From: the human T2T-CHM13v2.0 reference genome, Homo sapiens
Strand: one strand, 5' to 3'
Length of the DNA: 64,000 nt
NCBI RefSeq assembly: GCF_009914755.1
Contig: NC_060926.1
The notes under the pieces are model-generated. The model did not search any database and was not told the DNA's origin. It saw only the letters and a list, made by a program, of their open reading frames with translations. The position numbers and the translations under genes were made by a program. Of this stretch, positions 38,172 through 52,632 are shown piece by piece; positions within the stretch are counted from its first letter, which is position 1; each line of letters opens with the position of its first letter.

Positions 38172-41022
38172 GTCTTCTAACAAGAAACATGCATTTTGTG
38201 TTGACTGGGGAGGAGGGTTGCCCCTTAATAGAATCAGCTCCAATTATCAATATTATAACTGCCTATAATGAAGTTTTTAGTTTAGTTTGTTTTTACTTAA
38301 GCTAGAGTATCATTATATAGTATTGTCTCAAGATATTATTGTAATCTGATAGACAAGATACTAAATATTTCTGGAGCTTCATGTCTTTTGAACTTTGGCA
38401 ATAGCTTGAGCTTTCCAAATGAAAAATGCTAATATAAACTTTTCAGATGCACAACTCTCTGACTAGTAATTATATTCCCACACTTAGGAGGATGGATTTG
38501 TTACTTGAGTTTGGGAAAAATGACTCTGAGTGGAAAAAAACCAAGTAGACTACATATTACAATAGATTATATTGGAAAAGTGCACCTACCTATAAGTTCA
38601 TGTTTTGAAATTTAGAAGATCTTTTGTCATAGAAAGAAATGCTAGGTGATTTTCAGTTTCAACTTTAAACATGTTTATAGCTTCCCAGTTTTCTATAATG
38701 AGTTTGCATCATTATTATAGTTGGGGAAAAATGGTTTTCCAACAAAATATTTATTGAAACTAAGTCAAATCAGGGAAAAGATATAATAACATGTTTTATA
38801 ATACTTGAAGTAAGGTGTTTATGTAGCCTTTTGGGAAAAGGTTTTGTTTTTGTTTATATGCCATAAATAAAGATATAATATTTCAAAAAAATGAAAATTA
38901 GGGTCTCATTTGCCATCTTTAGTATATTTAACCCAAATGTAGCTAAACTTTGAATTTGGGGATCCTATAATTCAATTAGCTAAAATTTTGAGAGTCAGAA
39001 TGTTTGTTGTATGAGAAAAAGATGGATATATTTGTGGAAAATATGCCTATTTATGAAATAAGCAGAGTTAGGTTTTATATTTACTCTCCTATCACTTCCC
39101 CCACAAACTCCAACCCAAGTTAATCCAACCCAAGAAAAACAAAGCCACACACACAGTTCTTACCTCCCCATGCCCCCAGTCCCTCCTGCTGCTCCTCCAC
39201 CCACAAATGTACCCATCCAACTGCACAGTGCTCTAAAACCATCTTCTCCCCTTTCCTTCTAAAAGAAGACTGGTGTAGTTCAGCATACCAGTGTAATTTC
39301 ACACAATGAGAACTTCTCCAAGTAAACCACATAAAGGTATAAAATATGACCAATCAATCTCCTTACCCTCCCCAAGTATCTGGCTTTTAAAAAGATGCTT
39401 GTGTCCTAAATAAAACTGCAATGGAGGGCAGGAGTGAGGTGTGTATCTTCATCAATGTGACAATATCACGTGTATATGGGCTGATACAATTTATAAGCAG
39501 AGAACTATCCAGTAGGCGCAGTGACTTATAAACAATTCCTTCTCTAATACCCCCTCATGCAATAACTTTGCACATTAATTGATCAAGGCTCTAAGAAATT
39601 CTGCAGTAAAGAAATCAGCCTAACTATGCTTCGGTCAAGTCCCCAATATTATCTCTATTTTTTATAATGTCTTCTCTTTTTCTAATTCTAAATCTACATA
39701 TTTTCTAAGAAAGCCAAGCTTTTATAGTTCCCATGGTAAGGACAGGGGACTCTCAAGGAGGGGCAAAGAGAGAGGGTAACAGCTGCCATTTTTATGGGTG
39801 GGTGCTTTGTAAATGGAATAGTGCCATGAAGTTACAGGAACAATCAACCTAACATATATCTAAGGATTGTGTCCTATGAAGATTACATTAACCAGTGCCA
39901 GCATGGATACAGGGGGAAGGATGGGACATCTCAATATCTCAATCAAAGTATAAGGAGTTGGTTATTTTAGATAACAACAAAATGCAAAATACATCTTCCA
40001 GGTTTGCTAGAGAAAACCTACAGACAGCTGAGTCACCCTAAAGTTGTCTTTGGCTCTGTGAAGCCATTCCTCTAGGATTGAGTGGTGTCAAAAAATTCTG
40101 CTAGGAAAGGGGTCCTCTATGGGTGCTGTTTCTATCCCTCATCAGGGTTGCTGGCTACCTGTTGCTGGTAGCTGTGAACTAGATGACTCTTGAAGTGACA
40201 GCTAGAATCTGTCTTTCTCTTGAAGACAGTAAGCTTGAAAACCAGCTCTCTGATCATTTATGTGTGGGCTTCAATTTGCTATGGTGATAAGAAAACCACC
40301 AAAAAAATCATGCCTCTTTGTAATTTTCATTTGCTTAATTCATATGACTTCAAAGTAGCTAAAGGGCTATTTTTTTAAGTATAAAGAATACAAAAGTTCT
40401 TGGCTTAGACCTGCTTCTTAAAGTGAAAAATATATACACATACAGGTTTGTGAAATGATTTATTAAGCTGAGAATTATTAGATTTCCTCTATTCTCAATA
40501 CTTATATTTTACCCTTTGCTGGTGTCTTTATAAACTTCCTATTATGAAGAAACAAACAACAACAACAATAAAAAAAAAACACCCAACCCACTTTTGCATT
40601 CTCAACATAAGATTTCTACCTAATTTAAAATTTCTGCCAATAATTTCACCAGGAGAATGTGCCAAATAAGTGAATATTTTTAGTTCTACGAGTTAAACAG
40701 CAGATACAGATCTGTGATTGAAGATAAACAATCTGTCAGCTAAATATTTAAAAATAACGAATAGAGTTTCCTCCTAATATACAGTATTAAATTGATTTTG
40801 AAGCTCAGATTGATTTTATTAGTAAGTTCTTTTTTTTTTTTCCTTCCTCTGGTGGATAGTTTGCTTAAAAGGATATTAACCTTTTCAACTGGCAACTGGA
40901 TATTGTGGCGGCAAATGCCTTCCTTTTGAAGCATCCTCCTGATACGTAATGTACAATAGCCAATTTTGATGCCAGTCTCTGGCTCTCTTCATATGTATCA
41001 TAGTTCTTGTCAAAGAAATCCA

Positions 41023-41324
41023 TTTTATTATTTTTTTTTTATTTTTTGAGACAGTCTTGCTCTGTCACCCAGGCTGGAGTGCGGTGGCACTATCTTAGCT
41101 CACTGCAATCTCTGCCTCCTGGGTTCAAGTGATTCTCCTGCCTCAGCCTCCTGAGTAGCTGGGACTACAGGCACCAGCCACCATACCTGGCTAATTTTTG
41201 TATTTTTAGTAGAGACGGGGTTTCACCATGTTGGCAAGGCTGTTCTCGAACTCCTGACCTCAAGTGATCCACCTGCCTCAGCCTCTCAAAGTGCTAGGAT
41301 TACAGGTGTGAGCCACCTCGCCCC
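41023..41324 (-). mobile_element. AluS (Sz/Sx-like)
   Basis: Full dimer; degraded TSD GAAATCCATTTT / GAAACCCATTTT. Confidence 0.93.
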
Positions 41325-41865
41325 GTGAGCTCTGTGAAACCCATTTTTAAAAGGGAGTCATTTATAACTCCAAACTGTATTAATTCTTCTTCTTCATCGT
41401 CATTCTCTATACGAAGAAGAAAGATCTTTGAAACTATTCCTTAATCAGTGACATCATTCTAAAATCCTAAGTAATGTTGTCATGAATTGATATTGTATTC
41501 CATTGAGTTACTTGACACTTTTAAATATTTGTTTGACAAAATGGGTCATTGATTAAATACTATGATTCAGTTATCTCTAAAAAATATTAAGATAAAACAG
41601 CTTTTCTTCTCCAGGTTTGTTTAATAAGAATCATTTAAATTGCAAAAGAGCTATCCTCAAGAGATTCTTGCCAGTTTTATTTTAATGAGAAACAAAACAA
41701 TATTAAAGAAAACTGGGACAAATTTTGGGAAGTTTCTTGCAGAATCATAAAGGTATAAAAAGTTGTGTAAATCATATTGTTTTTCCATGTTTTTTCTTCA
41801 AAGCCAGCTACAGCTTTTTAATTCACTTAAAAATACCTTTTAAGCTCTCTGTCATGGAGACTTAA

Positions 41866-42290
<425 letters not shown>

Positions 42291-42390
42291 AGCTTCACAA
42301 ATTCTTACTTTGAAAGTGAGAAATTCTTACCTTGAAGTTGATCCCATTATCTATTCGAGATGACAACCTGGTAATTTGACTTGCCCTTTG

Positions 42391-42393
<3 letters not shown>

Positions 42394-42430
<37 letters not shown>

Positions 42431-42694
42431 AGACGGAGTCTCATTCTGTCACCCAGGCTGGATGGAATGCAGTGGCACGATCTCGGCTCACTGCAACCTC
42501 CATCTCCTGAGTTCAAGCGATTCTCCTGCCTCAGCCTCCTGAGTAGCTGGTATTACAGGTGCACGCCAGCACGCCCAGCTAATTTTTGCATTTTTAGTAG
42601 AGACGGGGTTTCACCATGTTGGTCAGGCTGGTCTCGAACTCCTGACCTCATAATCTGCCCAACTCGGCCTGCCAAAGTGCTGGGATTACAGGCG
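42394..42694 (-). mobile_element. AluSg-like, slightly 5'-truncated, T36 tail
   Basis: CCTGACCTCATAATC (2-bp deletion class), TGGA duplication in right arm; TSD CCTTTGTGATTT (42385-42396 / 42696-42707). Confidence 0.92.
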
Positions 42695-42902
42695 ACCTTT
42701 GTGATTTATAGTATAGCTCTGTGGTCCTTAGCTTTGGAGATGATGCTACAATATGGGAATTCCCATTCACATTTTGTATCATGTGTTCGTTTTACACTCA
42801 GTTTATGTAAAGCATTTGTGAATGCTGCTGTTTGTGGGCTGACCCTTATTTGTAGCTCTGCCACTCACATTCAACATCTGCTTAAAACTGCTATGCCCAA
42901 AA

Positions 42903-43070
42903 GAGGCAGGTGGTGAGGGTTAAGAATTCAGACTATGCAGTTCCATACCTGCATAGGATACCTGGGCTCGTGCTCCAAATCTTTAGTACTCTAGGTATGT
43001 AGCCTTAGGCTACATTTGTCTAAGACTCCTTATCTGCAAAATGGAAGTAATAATATGGTAAAGCTCCTCA
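42903..43070 (+). mobile_element. MIR SINE
   Basis: GAGGCAG..GGTTAAGAATTCAGACT..CCTTATCTGCAAAATGGAAGTAATAAT. Confidence 0.6.
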
Positions 43071-43091
43071 TTAAACTATAAGTTTTGCCTA

Positions 43092-43385
<294 letters not shown>

Positions 43386-45352
43386 TTAGTAAAATGCTGT
43401 TTTTGTGAGATTAATGAAATGGGAATGAGGGCTGGTACAGAATGAGTCCCTGGGACAGCAGCAAGGGTCCTATTTTTCCTTTGGGCATGTCATCATTCTC
43501 AGTCCTTGGGTGTGTGTCCTCTCATTTGCCCATGTCAAGAACATAATCAGAAGTGTATAGTTATTTGCTGAGGAGTTGGGAGCTGTTCACAGCCTGTTGA
43601 ATTAACTGCTTCTCAGAGGAGCAGAAATATATTTTACCACCAGCTTCTGGGTCACGTTTTGCATTCTCAAGCATGGCTGCATGAAATAGACTGAATAAGG
43701 GGTAACCAAGAGTGGAAATTTTCTTTTTATGCATCATTGACTATTTCCTTCTCATTCTGTCTTTTCAGTGAGAAATTACAGGCTTTGGTGCTTTAATTAT
43801 TATGTCTATTAGAATAATCTAGCCTTCAATGCATAGCAATTTAAAGCTTCTTTCTTATTCATCATATTTAGTTTTTGATTTCTTAATTTATTTTTCTAAA
43901 AAAATCAGGTCTATTGTAGCAGGAATTCTGTATTGAAAACATTCCAGAGTTAAGCTAAATTCTTAAAATGCTAGTAACAACAATAATGATAGTGATATTA
44001 GTAATCATGTTTATAATCACATGTAATCAATAATATAATGCTAATATTATTAGTAATATTGTGATTACTAATAGCAGTCTATAAACTAACAATGAATCAT
44101 AATGGCAATCATAATAATGTGAAAACTATAATTTAATACCTATAATATTCCTAGCACTTAACGTATTTATTATTTTGTTTGCTATTCTTCCAAATACGCT
44201 CATAGACATTAGTATATTTTAGTGAACAAACTAACTTTCAGAAAGTTGCATCAGTATGTCAATTCACACAAGTATAGTTGACACCAAGAGTCAAATTATT
44301 CCTATTATACACACTTGATGACTTAGCTATAAATTTTAACTTTCTTATTTCTTCACATGAGGCTGATATTAAGATGTCCTAGCAAATATTTCTAAAAAAA
44401 AATGATCAATTATTTACTTATCTGGTTTCAAGTCTTCTGGATATGGGTCAGGCAGTATCGTGTCCAGATACAGTGTTTTTCCTAATATGAGTTTTAGAAA
44501 TACATTTACAGATTACTGGAGATTTTGTTAATTTGCTTTGGTTAGATGCAAGATTGTAACTTAATGGCTGTAATGTTACAGAACAGTCACTTCAAGTCAA
44601 AGGAAGGGCAGCACTTTGGCATGATTCTAGAATATGTTTTTACCAAACCAGGATTTTTTTTGGTTCTTGCCCAGTAGGAATTGGGTCCAATTTTAGAATC
44701 AATGTTAATCCAATAAAAATAATTTTTCTTTTTCAGTGAAAATAAAGCACTTTCTTGGGAGATACTTTATACAATCTTTCCCAATCAGGCTGGAGTCTTC
44801 TTCCCCCACTCCTATTTCCTGCCTTTGCTGTGAAAGCTCTGTGAAAAATAAGCACAGATGAGAGGACACAATGACATCTGCCTTCCTGCTTGTGGTTCCA
44901 TAAGTGATACTTCTGTGGGATGCAGTTGTACTGATATTGGTGGGAAGGGGAATCCATTTTTCATTATTGAAAATAGCTTTCTTTCCTTTGAAAATGACAA
45001 TTGTGCGTCAGAGGAAAGTGGGAGCTTGGAATGAAGAAAGTGTCGGGATAAATTTAGCTTTTGTCTTTCTTCTGATCTCAATTTGGATAATGTTTGCAAG
45101 ATGAGCCCTGTTCAACCCTCAGGATCAAGAAGATTGTGAAAGGGGTGGGAAACAGCACAGGTGCACTGGACAGTGAACAATCAGATACAATCCAATCAAT
45201 GCCTGGTTTTGTCTGTCCTCGCAGGAGGGCCTTTTATTCCCTCTCTCCTCTGTCCCTATTTTTCTGGTCGTGCTGTGTGATAAATAATAAGATCAAGAGG
45301 CTGGACACTAAGATTCTAGCCTCTGTTCAGCCTGATAAATTATTGTTCTAAG

Positions 45353-45404
45353 TGTACTATTTCTTGCCTTCTTGCTGTTGTACTATTTCTTGCCTTCTTG
45401 CTGT
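45353..45404. repeat. Perfect 26-bp tandem duplication
   Basis: TGTACTATTTCTTGCCTTCTTGCTGT x2. Confidence 0.97.
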
Positions 45405-45483
45405 TTAAAAAAGTATTTTTTCATTTTTGGCAGTTATACAAAGAAAACCAAAATGTAATCTGTACAGAGTTTAACACAGTGTG

Positions 45484-45615
45484 TATATATGTACATGCAG
45501 GTAAATATGTATATATATATATATGCATGTATATATGTACATGCAGGTACATATATATATATGCATGTATATATGTACATGCAGGTACATATATATATAT
45601 GCATGTATATATGTA
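45484..45615. repeat. AT-rich minisatellite, about 3 units of 38-46 bp
   Basis: Unit TATATATGTACATGCAGGTAC(AT)nGCATG; ATGCAGG at 45495, 45541 and 45579. Confidence 0.93.
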
Positions 45616-45792
45616 GCTGTAAAAACATAAGTACAGACATTCATGTGCATATGTACACACACAAACTTGAATTATTATTTGTGCAGGGAATTTGTATATT
45701 TAGTGACAAATTCTTAGGCCTTTGAAGCATAGACCAAATGTTTAATCATCTGTAAACCATTGAGTAGGGAAAGTTTAGTGCAAAGAAGGTGG

Positions 45793-45824
<32 letters not shown>

Positions 45825-45864
45825 TATACAAATACAAATATACATACACACATACACACACACA

Positions 45865-45880
<16 letters not shown>
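45793..45880. repeat. (TA)n/(CA)n compound microsatellite adjoining an Alu tail
   Basis: Directly visible. Confidence 0.93.
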
Positions 45881-45898
<18 letters not shown>

Positions 45899-46012
45899 TT
45901 GAGGCGGGGTCTTACTCTGTCACCCAGGCTGGAGTGCAATGGTGCAATTTGGCTCACTGCAACCTCTGCCTCCTGGGTTCCAGCTATTCTCCCACCTCAG
46001 CCTCCCAAATAG
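45880..46012 (-). mobile_element. Truncated Alu right arm
   Basis: Poly-T, GAGGCGGGGTCTTACTCTGTCACCCAGGCTGGAGTGCA..CCTCAGCCTCCCAAATAG, then homology ends. Confidence 0.9.
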
Positions 46013-48640
46013 TCAATATATGTGTTTTAATACCCTGAATTTCATTTTAGTTTTCCATAGTCTTATTAAGAAGCCAGAAAATAATGGTAATGCTGACTTT
46101 AGAGGTTAGAGAATAATGTGTGTTTGTGTAAGGAAAATTGGGGGTGAGGATGAACATGTGGTTGAATGATAGATTGATGGCTAGTATTAACAACTGCTAA
46201 CCTTTTATACAACCTAGGGTCACAAAATTCATGGGATTGTCACAAACCTGGAAAAAATGGGAACTTTATACTTCTAGCCTGTTATCACTTCAGTGGCAAT
46301 CCTAGAGATAAGGCTTCTATTATTTTAACAATTATATTTTTGTGTATATTCTCTGGAAATAGTTGTAATACTGAGGCCTCTGTCATTCTAAAAAGAGCTG
46401 ATCTGGTTAATAACTATTAACTTAGAGGCTTTCAGTAGAATCTCTTTTAGTGAACAGCAATCTTGAATTTTAAAAAATATATCTCGAGCATGGTGCCAGC
46501 AAGATGGCTGACAAGAGATGCCTAATGCTTATCCCCTCTCCCAATAAAAAGGGATCAACAAATAGCCAGGCACATTTCAACTAGGGTATTTGAAGGAGAG
46601 TGCTGGAGTAAAACAGATGAGTGGTAGGGATCCTGTAGAGCATAGTGACTCATAATGGATGCACAGAAAAGGGAATGAAACACTCCAACTTTGCCTCCTG
46701 GTCTCCGCAACCTGGATCAGTTCAGAACCAGAAGGAACTCTCCCTGTGGGGAAAAATAAGAAAGAAACCTCCAGTACCCACTTCCCTCCTCCCCAATTAA
46801 AGTCATGAATACCTACAGTATTTGCTGCTGGAGAACCCTACAGTCCTTCCAAGCTCTGAGCCCAGTATAGGGAGTTTCCAGGAGTTCACATGGCTGCATT
46901 ACTCCAAAGAAGGAACCCATATTTTGCTTCTCTGCCCAGGCTGCTGCTATATGGTGCCGTTTTGAGACTGGAGACACTGCGAGAGTATGTCCTGCTCTGG
47001 AGGCAAGTAGCCGCCACATCTCCCTGCCCCTGAGGATCTGCCAACTATACTGCGCTCACAAATGGTAGTGTGCCATTCCCCAGCCAAGCAGTTACAGCTC
47101 CCTACCCACTTGGAAAAAACCACCTATAAGACACTCCGTCTTCATCCCAGTGGCTGAGGTGCCCAAACCTGGCTACTCAGAGCCTAGGCCCAGTGGAGCA
47201 GCTGTAACCTTGGTGTTTAAGCCCTCAAGGCACACTGCCCCCCCATGGAACAGGTGGTCTTGTCCAGTGAGAACGACATGCCCAACCTGGTGAAGGAGCA
47301 GCCCTGGGGCACCCTCAGCTCACAGAACAGCTTGGTGCCCCTGTCCTGAGTGATGAGGCTGTGCTCAAGTAGCCACACAAACTCCTGAACATTAGGCCAC
47401 TTAGGCTGTCACTGGCATTGCTGACATTGGCTACAGCTATAAAAACTACAGAGACTACACTACTGTGCCCATGTGGAACCAAAGCCAATGTACCCTACCT
47501 AACCAACACCCTAGGACACATCTGTAGTTGAAAATCATTCCACACAAAGTGACTCTGTAAAATTAGAAGAAGCAATCATTCCATTGGATGCACAGTTGTC
47601 AATGTAGGAATACAAGAAACATAAAAAGGCAAGGAAACATGATACCACCAAATAAATACATAACTCTTTAGTAACTGACCCCCCCATGGAAATTTACAAA
47701 TTGCCTAAAAAGGAATTCAAAATATCTTAAGGAAACTTAGTGCTATAAAAGTGAATACACATACATTATTCAATGAAATTAGGGAAGCAATTAATTATCT
47801 GAATGAGAAATTTAACAGAGATAGAAGTGATTAAAAACAAAACAAACAGAAATGTTGAAGCTGAAGACTTCAGTGAATAAAATAAGTACAAGTGAGAGCT
47901 TCAACAGATAGATAAAGCAGAAGAAAGAATGTCTGAACTTAAAGATAAGTAGTTTGAAATAATCCAGAGGGGGAAAAAAAGGAAAAAAGAATGGAAAAGA
48001 GCAAAGAAAGCCTGCAAGACCTATGGGACACTAGTAAGTGAACAAACATTCATGTTCTGGACATTTCAGACAGAGATAAGGTTGAGAACGTTTATTTAAC
48101 AAAATAATAGCTAAAAACATCTCGAATTTTGGAAGAGATATAGGTGCTCAGACCCATGAAGCTCTAAGGGCCTCAATTAGATTTAATCCAAATAAATCCT
48201 CTTCAAGGCACATTATAATTAAACTATCAAAAGTCAAAGACAGAGAATTTTAAAAGCAGCAAGAGAAAAGTGTCCAGTCACATAATTCCCTTATATGTGA
48301 TAAGGGACTCCCCATTAGACTATCAAAAATGTTTTTTCAGCAGCAACCTTGCAAGCCAGGAGAGGATGGGATGATATATTCAAAGTGTTGAAAAATAAAA
48401 AAGAACTGTCAGTCAAGATACCATACTCAGCAAGATTATCCTTCAGAAATGAAGAGAAATAAAGTCTTTTCCAGACAAGCAAAAGCTGAGAGAATTCATC
48501 ACCACTAGACCAGCCTTACAAGAAATGCTTAAGAAAATGCTTCAACTGGAAGCAAAAGAATACTAATTATGACCATTAAATCATATGAAAGTAAAATTCA
48601 CTAGTAAAGGTGAGTTTTACATAATCAAATTCAGAATACT

Positions 48641-48988
<348 letters not shown>

Positions 48989-51851
48989 CTAGTATGAAGA
49001 TTAAAAGTCAAAATGGCCAATAATTATCATAGCTACAATAAGTTGTTAAGAAATATACTATGTAAAAAGATGAAAGTTTAGGCAAAAATACAAATTGTGG
49101 GAGGCAAGGGTAAATGTCTGGAATATTTGTATACAACCAAATTTAACCTGTTACCGGCTTAAAATAGTCTCCTTATAAGTATAAAATTTTAATGTAGGCC
49201 CAAGGAACTACAAAGGAAAAATTACAGCAGTCATACAAATGAGAAAAAGAAAACAATCAAAGCTTATAACTACAGATAACCACCAAACCACAAAGGTAAA
49301 CAAGAAAGAGAGGAACAAAAGATCCACAAAATTACTAGGAGGCAATTAGCTGAGTGGCAAGAGTAAGTCTTTATTTGTCAATAATAAACTTGAATGTAAA
49401 TGGAATACATTCATCAGTTAAAAGATATAGAGTGGCTGAATGTATGAAAGAATAACACCAAACTATATGCTGCCTACAAGTCTTCCTTCACCTGTAAAGA
49501 TATACGTAGACTGAAAGTGAAAAAATGGAAAATGCTATTCCATGCAAACAGAAGCCAAAAAGAACAGGAGTAGCTATAAATTAGATAAAATAGACTGTAT
49601 ATCAAAAACTGTAGAAAGAGACCAAGATTGTCATTTTATAATGTCATCATATAATGACAAAAAGATCAATTCAGCAAGAGAATATAACAATTGTAAATAT
49701 ATATATATATATATTTCTAACACTGGAGCACTCCAATATGTAAAACAAATATTATTAGACTTAAAGGAAGAAATAAATATGATAAGAGTAGGAGATTTCA
49801 ACACCCCATTTTTGGCAACAGATGGATCAGACAGAAAATCAATAAAGAAACATTAGATTTAAATTGCAAGATAAAATAGACATAACAGACAATACAGAAT
49901 ATTCCACCCAACAGCTGTAGAATAAGCATTCTTTTTCTCAGTACATGGCACTTTTCCTAGAATAGATCATATGTCAGGCTACAAAATAAGTCTCAAAAAC
50001 TTTTTAAATATCAAAATCGTATCAGGTATCTTTTCTGACCACAATGGCGTAAAACTAGAAATTAATAATGGGAGAAACTTTGGAAACTATATAAATACAG
50101 GAAAATTAAACAGCATACTGTTGATCACCAAATTGGTCAATGAAGAAATTTAAAAGAGAATTTAAAAACCCAAAACAAAGGAAAATGTAAATACATCTTA
50201 CCAAAATCTATGGGATATAGCAAAAGCTGTTCTAGGAGGGAATTTCATAGCAATAAATGCCTACAACAAAAAAAATTAGAAATAGCTTATGAAAACAACC
50301 TAATGATAGGCCTCAAGGTATTAGAAAAACAAGACCAAACTAAAACCCAAATTAGTAGAATGAAAGAAATAGTAAAGATCAGAGAATAAATAAGCAAAAT
50401 AGAGACTGAAAAATTATAAAAGATCAATGAAACAAAGAGTTGGTTTTTGATCATATAAAATGAATAAACCATTAGCTAGACTAAGAAAAACACAGAGAAA
50501 AATCCAAATAAATAAAATCTGAGATGTAAAGACATTACAATTGATACTACAGGAATACAAAGGATCATAAGAAACTATTATTAACAGCTATGAACAAACA
50601 AATTGGAAAACCTGAAAGAAATGGATAAATTCCTGGGCACATACAACCTACCAAAATTGAGTCATGAAGAATTAGAAACTGAACAGAACAATAATGAGTT
50701 GCAAGATCGAATCAATAGTAAAAAGTTTCCTGTCAAAGAAAAGCTCAGGACCTGATGGCTTCACTCTTGAATTCTAAACAACATTTAAAAAAGAACCAAT
50801 ACCAATCCTTTTAAAAATATTCCAAAAAATTAAAGAGGAAGAAATTCTTCCAAAATTATTCTCTGAGGACAGCATCACCCTGATACCAAAACCAGACAAA
50901 GACACAACATAAAAAGAAAACTACAAATCAATATTCCTGACAAACACAGATGTAAAAAACCTCAACAAAATACTAGCAAACCAAATCCAACAGGACATTA
51001 AAAAGATGATACACCATGATCAAATGGGTTCATCCCATGGATACAAGGATGGTTCAACATATGGAAATCAATGAATGTGATACGTCCCATCGATGGGGTC
51101 AAGGGCAGAAACTGTATGATCATCTCAATAGATGCAGAAAAAGCATTTGATAAAATTTGACATCCCTTAATATTAAACTCTTAATAAATTAGTTATGAAA
51201 GGAATATCCCTCAACACAATAAAAGCCATATATGACAATTCCATGGCTGACCATCAAACTGAATGGTGAAAAGTTGAAAGTTTTTTCTTCAAGACCTGGG
51301 ATAAGACAAGGATGACCACTTTCACCAGTTTTATTCAATATAGTTCTGAAATTCTAGCCAGAGCAATTAGGCAAGATAAGAAATAAAGGACATCCAAACT
51401 GGAGAGGAGGAAGTCAAATTATCCTTGTTTGATGATGACATGATATTATATAGAGAAAACCCTAAAGACTCCACAAAAACTTCAGAACTAATAAGTGAAT
51501 TCAGTAAATTTGTAGGACATAAAAATCTGTTGTGTTTCTGTATGCCAATAGTGAACTATCTGAAAAAGAAATCAGGAAAGAAATTATTTACAATAGCTAC
51601 AAAAAATACCTAGGAATAAACTTAACTATCTAGTGAAAGATCTGTAGAATGAAAACTGGAAAACATTAATAAAAGAAATTGAAGAGGGAACAAATAAATG
51701 GAAAGGCGTTCTGTGTTCATGAATTGGAAGAATTATTAGTTACAATGTCCATACTACCTGAAATAATCTACAGGGTCAATGCAAACCCTAACGAAACACC
51801 AATGACATTATTTACAGAAATATTTTAAAAACCCTAAAATTCATATGGAAC

Positions 51852-52632
<781 letters not shown>

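Noticed and set aside
42428-42916. 162-aa ORF and similar ORFs at 16855, 20595, 41908, 55868 and 63749
   Set aside because: Typical Alu-derived translations (LECSG, SASQVAG), some with low-complexity tails.
49542-51613. L1 ORF2 fragments as active coding sequence
   Set aside because: Numerous stops and frameshifts, an altered FADD motif, and an LTR17 insertion downstream.
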